A model generated the notes under the pieces. It saw nothing but the letters and a program-made list of their open reading frames with translations, ran no database searches and was not told where the DNA came from. Shown in pieces: positions 38,425-46,015 of a DNA stretch of 64,000 bases. Position 1 is the stretch's first letter. Each line of letters starts with the position of its first letter. The position numbers and the translations under genes are program-made. The stretch covers positions 3,818-67,817 of the forward strand of contig CAVACC010000001.1 of NCBI GenBank assembly GCA_963587495.1, read 5' to 3'. This DNA comes from Clostridia bacterium. Its GTDB lineage: Bacteria; Bacteroidota; Bacteroidia; Bacteroidales; Bacteroidaceae.

Positions 38425-38997
38425 TTAGTTTGTTTCTGGTTTATCTCCCTTGGGATGTCGCTTTTTCAGCTCATCACGCAGGCTGGAAGCCAACTCGTAG
38501 TTTTCGTTCTCTATAGCTTTGCGTAATGACTCCTCCAACATCTTGTCGGTGATGACATTCACTGGCACAGCCATCTGTGTGAAATTAGGATTGTATTCTG
38601 CCGATTGTTTGGTCATCAAACCACGATCGGCATAAATCTCCATTCCGGTAATGAGCGACAGCAGGATGCCATCCGTACAGCGTATATTCTTCTTCTCGCC
38701 TGTCTCTGTGTTACGAAGACATGACATATACTTGCCTTCATGCAAAGCATAGATTTCGAAACGATAGGTGAGAAGAAATGAAAATGGCATCAGTTCTGCC
38801 AACACTTCAGGAAGCAAGTCATTTCTCTCCTTTATCATATTGGGATCCATGCGTAACCTAATCTGATAGGCCTGATGGCGATCACAAGGTATCACCAACT
38901 GACGTTGCTCTGCCACATCCACAAGCACAGCCAACACCAGATTGTCGGATCCCAAGATCTGGGATAATCCTTTGAATTTTAATCTTACGTTACACAT
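38425..38997 (-). CDS. Bifunctional nuclease (DUF151)-like protein with C-terminal UVR domain
   Basis: RQLVIPC, RCTDGILL, C-terminal AIENENYELASSLRDEL. Confidence 0.75.
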   Translation of the reverse strand: MCNVRLKFKGLSQILGSDNLVLAVLVDVAEQRQLVIPCDRHQAYQIRLRMDPNMIKERNDLLPEVLAELMPFSFLLTYRFEIYALHEGKYMSCLRNTETGEKKNIRCTDGILLSLITGMEIYADRGLMTKQSAEYNPNFTQMAVPVNVITDKMLEESLRKAIENENYELASSLRDELKKRHPKGDKPETN

Positions 38998-39042
38998 TTT
39001 TCTTTCAGTTTTATTTGCCCAGTCGCATCCTCAGGAATACGA

Positions 39043-40269
39043 CTAAGCTTTCTTGGGTCTGAATATAACAGCAAAAGATACTGCTACTACCAATGCATAA
39101 CCGGCAAAAATAAGCCAGCATGGTGCCCACTGGGTCACACCATTTGCATCGGTATAACTATTGACAACAGCCTGAGCCGACAGGGTTCCTACTGTGGCTC
39201 CGATACCATTGGTCATCAACATAAAGAGTCCTTGCGCACTGGAGCGGATAGAAGAATCCGTGGTCTTGTCGACAAACAGAGAGCCTGAAACGTTGAAGAA
39301 GTCGAAGGCCACACCATAAACCAACATGGAAAGGACAAACATCCATACACCACTGCCAGGATTGCCTATTCCGAAGAGACCGAATCGCAACACCCAGGCA
39401 AACATGGCTATCAGCATCACATTTTTGATGCCATAACGATTCATGAAGAACGGTATCAGCAGGATACAGCAAGTCTCGCTGATCTGAGAGAGCGAAATAA
39501 GGATGTTGGCATGGTTCACACCAAAGGTACCCGCATACTGTGGGTCGGCTCCAAACGAGGTGATGAATGGATTGGCAAAGCCATTGGTAATCTGCAGACT
39601 TACACCCAACAGCATGGAGAAGATAAAGAAGATGGCCATGCGCTTCTCCTTGAACAGAGAGAAGGCACGCAGTCCGAAGGCATCCACAAAACTCTTGGTC
39701 TCACCCTTGGCGCTGACAGGACATGCTGGCAACGTAAAGGTATAAAGGAACAGAATGCAGCTGACCACACCAGAAGCAACAAACTGATTCTGATTGGGCT
39801 GGAATCCCATCAAGTCGACAAGCCACATCATACAGATGAAGCCTACCGTACCAAACACACGAATCGGAGGAAAGTCTTTCACCGTATCCATGCCAGCAAG
39901 AGTCAAGGCATTGTAAGCCACAGAGTTCGTCAGAGCCAGTGTTGGCATATAGAAGGCCACACTGAGTGTGTAGATCCAAAACACCATACCAAGATTACCG
40001 GTCATTCCCATATAGGCAGCACCAAACATGAAGAGAGCAGCCATGAGATGACAGAAGCCCAACAGCCTTTGTGCAGGTACCCAGCGGTCGGCAACAATGC
40101 CCATAAGAGCAGGCATAAAGATAGACACCACGCCCTGTACGGCATAAAACCATCCTATCTGAGAAGCCATTCCGATGTTTCCCAGATATGTTCCCATAGA
40201 TGTCAGGTAAGCTCCCCATACTGCAAATTCAAGGAAGTTCAATAACGCTAAGCGTACTTTCAAGTTCAT
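39043..40269 (-). CDS. nupG: MFS nucleoside:H+ symporter
   Basis: FLEFAVWGAY, DFPPIRVFGTVGF, SQISE, YGVAFDFF, SAQGL. Confidence 0.85.
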   Translation of the reverse strand: MNLKVRLALLNFLEFAVWGAYLTSMGTYLGNIGMASQIGWFYAVQGVVSIFMPALMGIVADRWVPAQRLLGFCHLMAALFMFGAAYMGMTGNLGMVFWIYTLSVAFYMPTLALTNSVAYNALTLAGMDTVKDFPPIRVFGTVGFICMMWLVDLMGFQPNQNQFVASGVVSCILFLYTFTLPACPVSAKGETKSFVDAFGLRAFSLFKEKRMAIFFIFSMLLGVSLQITNGFANPFITSFGADPQYAGTFGVNHANILISLSQISETCCILLIPFFMNRYGIKNVMLIAMFAWVLRFGLFGIGNPGSGVWMFVLSMLVYGVAFDFFNVSGSLFVDKTTDSSIRSSAQGLFMLMTNGIGATVGTLSAQAVVNSYTDANGVTQWAPCWLIFAGYALVVAVSFAVIFRPKKA

Positions 40270-40357
40270 TTTGGTAATAGTATTTTTTCTGTTTCCGCAG
40301 GTTCCGGACAGATGTTGCCAGTTTCCGACACATGCGAATTTGGGTTATTTATATAAC

Positions 40358-40367
40358 TGCAAAGATA
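40358..40367 (-). promoter_or_regulatory. -7 promoter box for the nupG operon
   Basis: TATCTTTGCA on the minus strand. Confidence 0.6.
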
Positions 40368-40441
40368 ACGAATATTATTGAAATAAAAACACAAAACGCA
40401 AAATTATCCGTTCCAATACGGGATATTTAACAAATTATGTG

Positions 40442-40451
40442 TAATTTTGCA
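40442..40451 (+). promoter_or_regulatory. -7 promoter box for the chromate transporter pair
   Basis: TAATTTTGCA. Confidence 0.6.
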
Positions 40452-40476
40452 GCCTGTTTAATCAAATAATAGAGAG

Positions 40477-41013
40477 ATGTTATTCAGTTTTTTCATTACA
40501 TGTAATAAGATAGGAGCCTTTACCCTGGGCGGAGGCTACGCCATGATTCCTATCATGGAGAGAGAGTTTGTCGACCGCCATAAGTGGATGGACAAACAGG
40601 AGTTTATGGATATCATGGTAGTGGCACAGGCCACACCGGGCATCTTTGCCATCGATATGGCAAGCCACATCGGATATAAGCTCCGTGGGATATGGGGAGG
40701 CATCGTGGGAGCCATAGGCATTGCGCTGCCTTCCATCATAGCCATCATCATCATTTCCATGTTCTTCAGACAGTTCAAGGACAACTACTGGGTGGAGAAG
40801 TTCTTTGCCGGCATCAGACCGGCAGTAGTAGCCCTCATCGCTGCTCCTTGCTTCAAAATGGCAAAAACTGCCAAGATCAATCGCTACAATGCCTGGATTC
40901 CTGTAGCCTGCTGCGCCCTCATCTATCTTTTAGGTGTCTCACCCATCTACATCATCATTGCAGCTGGCGTGTTGGGCTGGCTGTATGGAAAGATGAGAAA
41001 GGTAAAAAAGTAA
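40477..41013 (+). CDS. Short-chain chromate transporter (CHR family), subunit 1
   Basis: KIGAFTLGGGYAM, AQATPG, GIRPAVVALI. Confidence 0.88.
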   Translation: MLFSFFITCNKIGAFTLGGGYAMIPIMEREFVDRHKWMDKQEFMDIMVVAQATPGIFAIDMASHIGYKLRGIWGGIVGAIGIALPSIIAIIIISMFFRQFKDNYWVEKFFAGIRPAVVALIAAPCFKMAKTAKINRYNAWIPVACCALIYLLGVSPIYIIIAAGVLGWLYGKMRKVKK

Positions 41014-41062
41014 AAAGGTAAAAAGGTAAAAAAGTAAAAAGGTAAAAAGAGCATTCTTGCTT
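41002..41062 (+). repeat. (GTAAAAAR)6 followed by AGCATTCTTGCTT
   Basis: Six 8-bp units overlapping the stop codon of the first CHR gene; same 13-bp tail as 9066-9078. Confidence 0.88.
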
Positions 41063-41084
41063 TTAAAAGTAAAATACAAAGACT

Positions 41085-41657
41085 ATGTTATTTCTGAAAT
41101 TATTCATCATATTCACAAAAATAGGCACGTTCAACTTTGGAGGTGGCTACGCCATGCTGTCGCTCATTCACAACGAGACGGTCGTAAAGAACCAATGGCT
41201 CAGCAATGCCGAGTTTACAGACATTGTAGCCATCAGCCAGTCGACACCAGGACCTATCGGAATCAACTGCGCCACATACGTGGGCTACACTTCCACCCTG
41301 CATGCTGGTTATCCAGAATGGGCTGCCATCCTGGGAGCTATTCTCGCCAGCCTGTCCATCATGTGGCTGCCTTTCGTCATCATGATTCTCATCAGTCATT
41401 ACCTGATGACACACAAGGACTCTAAAATCGTGAAAGATATCTTTGCCGGACTGCGCCCTGCCATCATAGGACTTATTGCTGCCGCTGCGCTTCTGTTGAT
41501 GAACAAAGACAACTTTGGCTCACTTCAGGACAATCCCGATGTCTTCGGAATCAGTATTGCCATCTTCGTACTGGCTTTCTATCTCACCGCCTTTAAGAAA
41601 GCCAACCCCATCCTGCTGATGCTGACCTTCGGCTGCTTGGGACTGATAATACTTTAA
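41085..41657 (+). CDS. Short-chain chromate transporter (CHR family), subunit 2
   Basis: KIGTFNFGGGYAM, SQSTPGPIGINCATYVG, GLRPAIIGLI. Confidence 0.88.
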   Translation: MLFLKLFIIFTKIGTFNFGGGYAMLSLIHNETVVKNQWLSNAEFTDIVAISQSTPGPIGINCATYVGYTSTLHAGYPEWAAILGAILASLSIMWLPFVIMILISHYLMTHKDSKIVKDIFAGLRPAIIGLIAAAALLLMNKDNFGSLQDNPDVFGISIAIFVLAFYLTAFKKANPILLMLTFGCLGLIIL

Positions 41658-41688
41658 TAGAAAGCTTCATGAGACATAAAAAAGAAAA

Positions 41689-41727
41689 TCCTCACTCAAT
41701 AAAGCCACTTGCTTTGTTGAGTGAGGA
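41689..41727. terminator. Hairpin between convergent transcripts
   Basis: TCCTCACTCAA...TTGAGTGAGGA stem. Confidence 0.6.
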
Positions 41728-41797
41728 AAAAAAAATTGATTGTCTCACGACAACCAATCTTTTATTAACCTTAATAATCTAATACCATGAAAAACAC
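41727..41797 (-). ncRNA. Candidate ~70-nt small RNA
   Basis: Minus-strand TACTTTTGCA box (41800-41809), a U-rich body with no credible ORF, then ATTGGTTGTC-GTGA-GACAATCAAT and a T-run. Confidence 0.5.
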
Positions 41798-41858
41798 ATT
41801 GCAAAAGTACTACTTTTATTTAGAACTCCAAATGTTTCTATAAACAAAATGCAGCTAT

Positions 41859-42506
41859 TTAACCTTTCTTAAATATTTTACCATTCCAATTAAACTTCCT
41901 TTGCACTTTTATGGCATTAATTAGCTTTTTATCTTCTGCTGAGAGCAATGGCAGAGCAAGACGGAAAACGATGGCATTCTCATGCTGCATGAGCAATGCA
42001 CTCATCATCCTGGGCTCTATCATCGCCTTGAGTTCTTCAAAACGTGACACACTCATCGTATCTGGTCTTTGCAACAGACTTTCGCAAACTCCTTGCATGT
42101 CTTCTCCATCAAAACAATGAGTCATCTCGAGTTGTTGCCACTGCTGATCGAAAAACATCACCTCACTCTCCTTTTCGGGTGCAGCCAAGGTTCTTACCAT
42201 ACAAATGATGGAGTCACCACCTGTCTGCTGCAACTTTTTTAATTGTAAGGTACATACTCTACTGAGTCTTATCTGCATGAAATCATTGGTCAGCGTATCC
42301 ATAACACTTGTATCACCCAACGATGTAGTAACCTCCGCCTTTACCTTCATATCCTGCAATTCTGTAAACTCCACACGCATATTCTGTGTGAGGACAGGAA
42401 CCAAGGAATCTGGCATCGACACCCAGAGCTCTCTCAACGACTTAGCTTGTACTGCTAATGCCACCACAAGGGCACAGAGCACGGTAAACATCTTCTTTCT
42501 GTTCAT
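41859..42506 (-). CDS. Exported protein, probably DUF3256 family; start placed at 42506
   Basis: Signal peptide, WVSMPDSLVPVL, ICMVRT, KFNWNG. Confidence 0.7.
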   Translation of the reverse strand: MNRKKMFTVLCALVVALAVQAKSLRELWVSMPDSLVPVLTQNMRVEFTELQDMKVKAEVTTSLGDTSVMDTLTNDFMQIRLSRVCTLQLKKLQQTGGDSIICMVRTLAAPEKESEVMFFDQQWQQLEMTHCFDGEDMQGVCESLLQRPDTMSVSRFEELKAMIEPRMMSALLMQHENAIVFRLALPLLSAEDKKLINAIKVQRKFNWNGKIFKKG

Positions 42507-42639
42507 ATCTTTCGTTAGTTTACGACAAAAGTACGGAAAAAAAACATAACCCACAACTTTTCTGCTGTTTTTCTGCATTTTTCTACAGACATAAGACGTA
42601 AAAGAAAACCATTACCAATTTTATTTTTGTCTTTATACA

Positions 42640-42684
42640 TTTACAGTAACTACTCAGCATATAGCCATATGTAGTTACTGTAAA
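42640..42684 (+). repeat. REP-like palindrome, copy 2
   Basis: TTTACAGTAACTAC-TCAGCATATAGCCATAT-GTAGTTACTGTAAA, 14-bp perfect stem. Confidence 0.8.
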
Positions 42685-42797
42685 ATCGTTAAACCACATT
42701 GAAATCTCCGTTCAAAGGCTTTGAACGCACATTCAAAGGCTCTGAACGGACATTCAAAGGCTCTGAACGGAACTTATATAGGCTAAAGAAAACATTT
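42682..42797 (+). repeat. 21-bp-array element, copy 2 (three units)
   Basis: Leader AAAATCGTTAAACCACA identical to 19134-19150; three RTTCAAAGGCTYTGAACG units at 42710-42772; trailer GGCTAAAGAAAACATTT. Confidence 0.85.
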
Positions 42798-42879
42798 ATA
42801 TAGTATAGGAGAAAAATTTCTCCTGTATTAAGCGATAGTTTCTTTGGGTTGTAAGGCAGATAACACAAGTATAGCATTT

Positions 42880-42917
42880 GTAACTATCAGTTCTCCATAT
42901 GGGTGCTGAGCAGTTAC
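42880..42917 (-). repeat. REP-like palindrome, copy 3
   Basis: GTAACTATCAGTTCTCCATATGGGTGCTGAGCAGTTAC. Confidence 0.75.
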
Positions 42918-43069
42918 CATTTACACCTTATTATATAAAAAGACTTAACGAGCGAGAATAAAAAATGGAAATTGTTGGATAAGAGACAATAAAAGTGTAT
43001 CTTTGCCGAACAAAGAGAGATACCCCACACATGTTGTGTAAAAACAAAAAAGTCAATAAACATTTGATT

Positions 43070-43768
43070 ATGAAAATACTTCCCTACTTCGTCTTCTGCT
43101 TCCTCATGCTTTCTGGTGTGTGCACAAGCATGAACAGCTATCATAATACAGAAAACAAAATCGCACAAGATGTAAATCAGGCTTTAAAACAAGCGCTCTC
43201 ACAGATGCCTGGCGATATTGTTACTACTGATACGATACAGTGTTACCGAAATTATCTTACTATAGCCGAACTGAAGGATACTGCCGGTATTGCTATGCGA
43301 ACAGTGCGTAGGGACGGACACTTAGAAACACAACTTGTGGCAGAAGCAAACTGCAGCTTTGCCACGACGTTCATGATGTCCGACCAAAAAGCTTCATGCT
43401 CTCTTTTCATGGTTGGAATGCTCTGGTTATTGGGCTGTTTGTGGTATACGAGAAAAAACAAGCCCAGAATTCTCGTACAAGGCCTGTCGTATGGTGGCAT
43501 CGTGCTGCATCAAGACACATTCATGACCCTTTCCGGCGAACAGATTCATCTTACCCCCATGCAGCATTCCCTGCTCAAGATGTTCATTACTTCTGATACT
43601 CACACCCTGTCAAAACAGGAAATCTGCGACCAACTATGGCCCAAGAAACCTAATGCCAGCGACACCCTCTACACGCTGATAAGACGAATAAAACCTATCA
43701 TAGAAGTTCATAGCTCTCTGAAGATAGAGTCTGACAGAGGAAAAAGCTATAGTCTGAGAATCAAATAG
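43070..43768 (+). CDS. Membrane-anchored regulator with C-terminal OmpR-type winged helix; start placed at 43070
   Basis: Two hydrophobic segments, then LTPMQHSLL, LSKQEICDQLW, LYTLIRRIK, IESDRGKSYSL. Confidence 0.8.
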   Translation: MKILPYFVFCFLMLSGVCTSMNSYHNTENKIAQDVNQALKQALSQMPGDIVTTDTIQCYRNYLTIAELKDTAGIAMRTVRRDGHLETQLVAEANCSFATTFMMSDQKASCSLFMVGMLWLLGCLWYTRKNKPRILVQGLSYGGIVLHQDTFMTLSGEQIHLTPMQHSLLKMFITSDTHTLSKQEICDQLWPKKPNASDTLYTLIRRIKPIIEVHSSLKIESDRGKSYSLRIK

Positions 43769-43776
43769 TTAGAAAC

Positions 43777-43847
43777 CTGACAGTTAATTGTCAGAGAAAT
43801 GTCAGCCAAATAAAGAGAGTTCTCCGCAATCTTGACTTACCTTTGCA
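43777..43847 (+). promoter_or_regulatory. TGTCAG boxes plus -7 promoter upstream of the OM receptor
   Basis: CTGACA at 43777, TGTCAG at 43789 and 43800 (11-bp spacing), TACCTTTGCA at 43838-43847. Confidence 0.55.
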
Positions 43848-43870
43848 TCAAAAATCAAAATTGATGCAAA

Positions 43871-45916
43871 ATGAAACGAATCTTTACATTTTCTCTTATC
43901 CTATTATCTGCATCCTTTGCCCATGCGCAGGATGTGGAGAAATCCGTCACACTCGAAGAAGTAACGGTGAAGGCTTCCAAGGTAGTCAACAAGTCCGATG
44001 GTATGATTATCTACCCTACTGAAGCACAAAAACAAGCCTCCAACAATGGCTACAGCTTTCTTGACAAACTCACACTTGCCAATCTTCGTATCGACAACAT
44101 CAACCATTCTATCACAGCTATAGACAACAGAGGCAGCGTACAACTCAGAATCAACGGTATCGTAGTAGACAAGCAAGAAATGCTGGCTCTCAATCCTAAA
44201 GATATAACGAAGATAGACTTCATCAACAACCCTGGAGTCCGATATGGTGAGGGTATTGCCTATGTCATCAATATTGTGACACACCGGACCGAGAGCGGTT
44301 ATACTATTGGCACGGATCTTACATCGGCACTTACTACCCTTCAGGGCGACGGCATGGTGTATGGAAAAAGAAACAAAGGCAAAAGCGAATGGACTTTGTC
44401 GTACGACATAAATGGATATAGATTTAAAGGTTCCAAGAGCACCCAGTTGGCGGAATACACTTTGAATGATGGCAGCATCTACACCATAGAACGAAATGAT
44501 GCGGAGTCGATTAGGAAAGCTATCGCACACGAGGCAAAGCTAACCTACAACTGGGCAGACTCTACCGTCACCGTCTTTCAGGCTTCCTTGAGTGGAGCAG
44601 TCAACAACGCCCCCGACAACTATAAACTCAAAGACATCATAGACGGCAGCCGCCAATACAGAGCGACAAGCCGGGATGACGACAAGAGCTATTCGCCTGT
44701 ATTGGATATTTATTTCTTTCGTCAGTTCACTCCACGCCAATCTATCACCGCCAATACTGTAGGCACCTACATCTCCACACAGACCAGCAGCTATTATGAC
44801 GAAGAAACACCTTATCAATATGAGGTAGACGGCAAAACGGCTTCTCTGCTTACCGAGGTAGTCTACGAGAACAGGCTGAAGCCCTTCACTCTCTCCACGG
44901 GTTTGAACTATAGTTATAAATATACCAAGAACGACTATCGGGGTGACGCGTCCTCTTTGACCAAGACGAACAACAATCGCCTGTATGCTTTTGCCGAGAT
45001 AAAGGGCATGCTAAAGCAACTGCGCTATACATTAGGTACAGGTGCGAGTTATATCCATTACACTCAGAACGGTCACAGATACAACTACTGGACTTTCCAT
45101 CCCAAGGCTTCGCTGACATATCAGTTCAATAACAATCTGCAGTTGAGTTATACATATCAGATGAGGGACGTAGTGTCTCGCATTGCCATGACAAGTGATG
45201 CCACCGTCCGCACCAACAGTATGGAATGGACTGTAGGCAATCCCGACCTGAAACCTTCGCACGACATGGACCATCGGTTACAGCTGTCATATAACACCCA
45301 ACGATTGCAGACCTTAGTGGAAGGCTACTACAAGCAATGCCTCAAACCCAACATGGCACATTACGAACGGACCGACGACAACCGATTCATCTATACACAG
45401 ATCAATCAAAAGGAAATAGACGCATTGGACGTCATGGCATACGCAAGCTACTGGCTCTTGCCCGAGAAACTTCAGATGGCCGCCAACGGAGGAATATACA
45501 GATGTTTCAATTTCGGCTACGACTATACACATTGCTACACATCATGGTACTACGCAGGGAGCATCACGGCTTATCTCGGCAAATTCACATTACAAGGATA
45601 TGTTGATAACGGCAACCGATTCTTAGAAGGCGAGTCGAAAGGCTACAACGGAGCCTATTCCGTCTTGAAAGCATCCTACACGTGGGGCAACTGGCAATTT
45701 TCTTTGTCATGGGGCAATCCCTTCAACAGTCACTACAAGTCGTACGAAAACGAACTGCTGAACCGCAATCTCTATAAACACACCATCGGCTATTCCAAGG
45801 ACAGCGGCAACCAAGTGTCACTCAACATCTCCTGGCGCATCAACCGAGGCAGCAGACATAAGTCGGCAGAAAAGACAATCAGCCTCAGCGATAAAGACAA
45901 TGGTATCATAAAATAG
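43871..45916 (+). CDS. Outer membrane beta-barrel / TonB-dependent receptor-like protein
   Basis: Signal peptide, LEEVTVKA, plug-like NPGVRYG...VINIVT, GNPDLKP, aromatic-rich beta strands. Confidence 0.78.
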   Translation: MKRIFTFSLILLSASFAHAQDVEKSVTLEEVTVKASKVVNKSDGMIIYPTEAQKQASNNGYSFLDKLTLANLRIDNINHSITAIDNRGSVQLRINGIVVDKQEMLALNPKDITKIDFINNPGVRYGEGIAYVINIVTHRTESGYTIGTDLTSALTTLQGDGMVYGKRNKGKSEWTLSYDINGYRFKGSKSTQLAEYTLNDGSIYTIERNDAESIRKAIAHEAKLTYNWADSTVTVFQASLSGAVNNAPDNYKLKDIIDGSRQYRATSRDDDKSYSPVLDIYFFRQFTPRQSITANTVGTYISTQTSSYYDEETPYQYEVDGKTASLLTEVVYENRLKPFTLSTGLNYSYKYTKNDYRGDASSLTKTNNNRLYAFAEIKGMLKQLRYTLGTGASYIHYTQNGHRYNYWTFHPKASLTYQFNNNLQLSYTYQMRDVVSRIAMTSDATVRTNSMEWTVGNPDLKPSHDMDHRLQLSYNTQRLQTLVEGYYKQCLKPNMAHYERTDDNRFIYTQINQKEIDALDVMAYASYWLLPEKLQMAANGGIYRCFNFGYDYTHCYTSWYYAGSITAYLGKFTLQGYVDNGNRFLEGESKGYNGAYSVLKASYTWGNWQFSLSWGNPFNSHYKSYENELLNRNLYKHTIGYSKDSGNQVSLNISWRINRGSRHKSAEKTISLSDKDNGIIK

Positions 45917-45960
45917 ATATGAACGATTTCTTTATACAATAGAAAGGCACATGAACAGAC

Positions 45961-45993
45961 AAAAAAGCCATCGCTGCAGTAGTAGCGATGGCT
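45961..45993 (-). terminator. Terminator after ppdK
   Basis: AGCCATCGCT...AGCGATGGCT stem with a T-run on the minus strand. Confidence 0.7.
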
Positions 45994-46015
45994 CATTATT
46001 TTATATAGTTTTAAA

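Noticed and set aside
40477..41657. A single chromate transporter split by a repeat-induced frameshift
   Set aside because: Paired short-chain CHR genes are an established arrangement, and each half has its own start and GGGYAM motif
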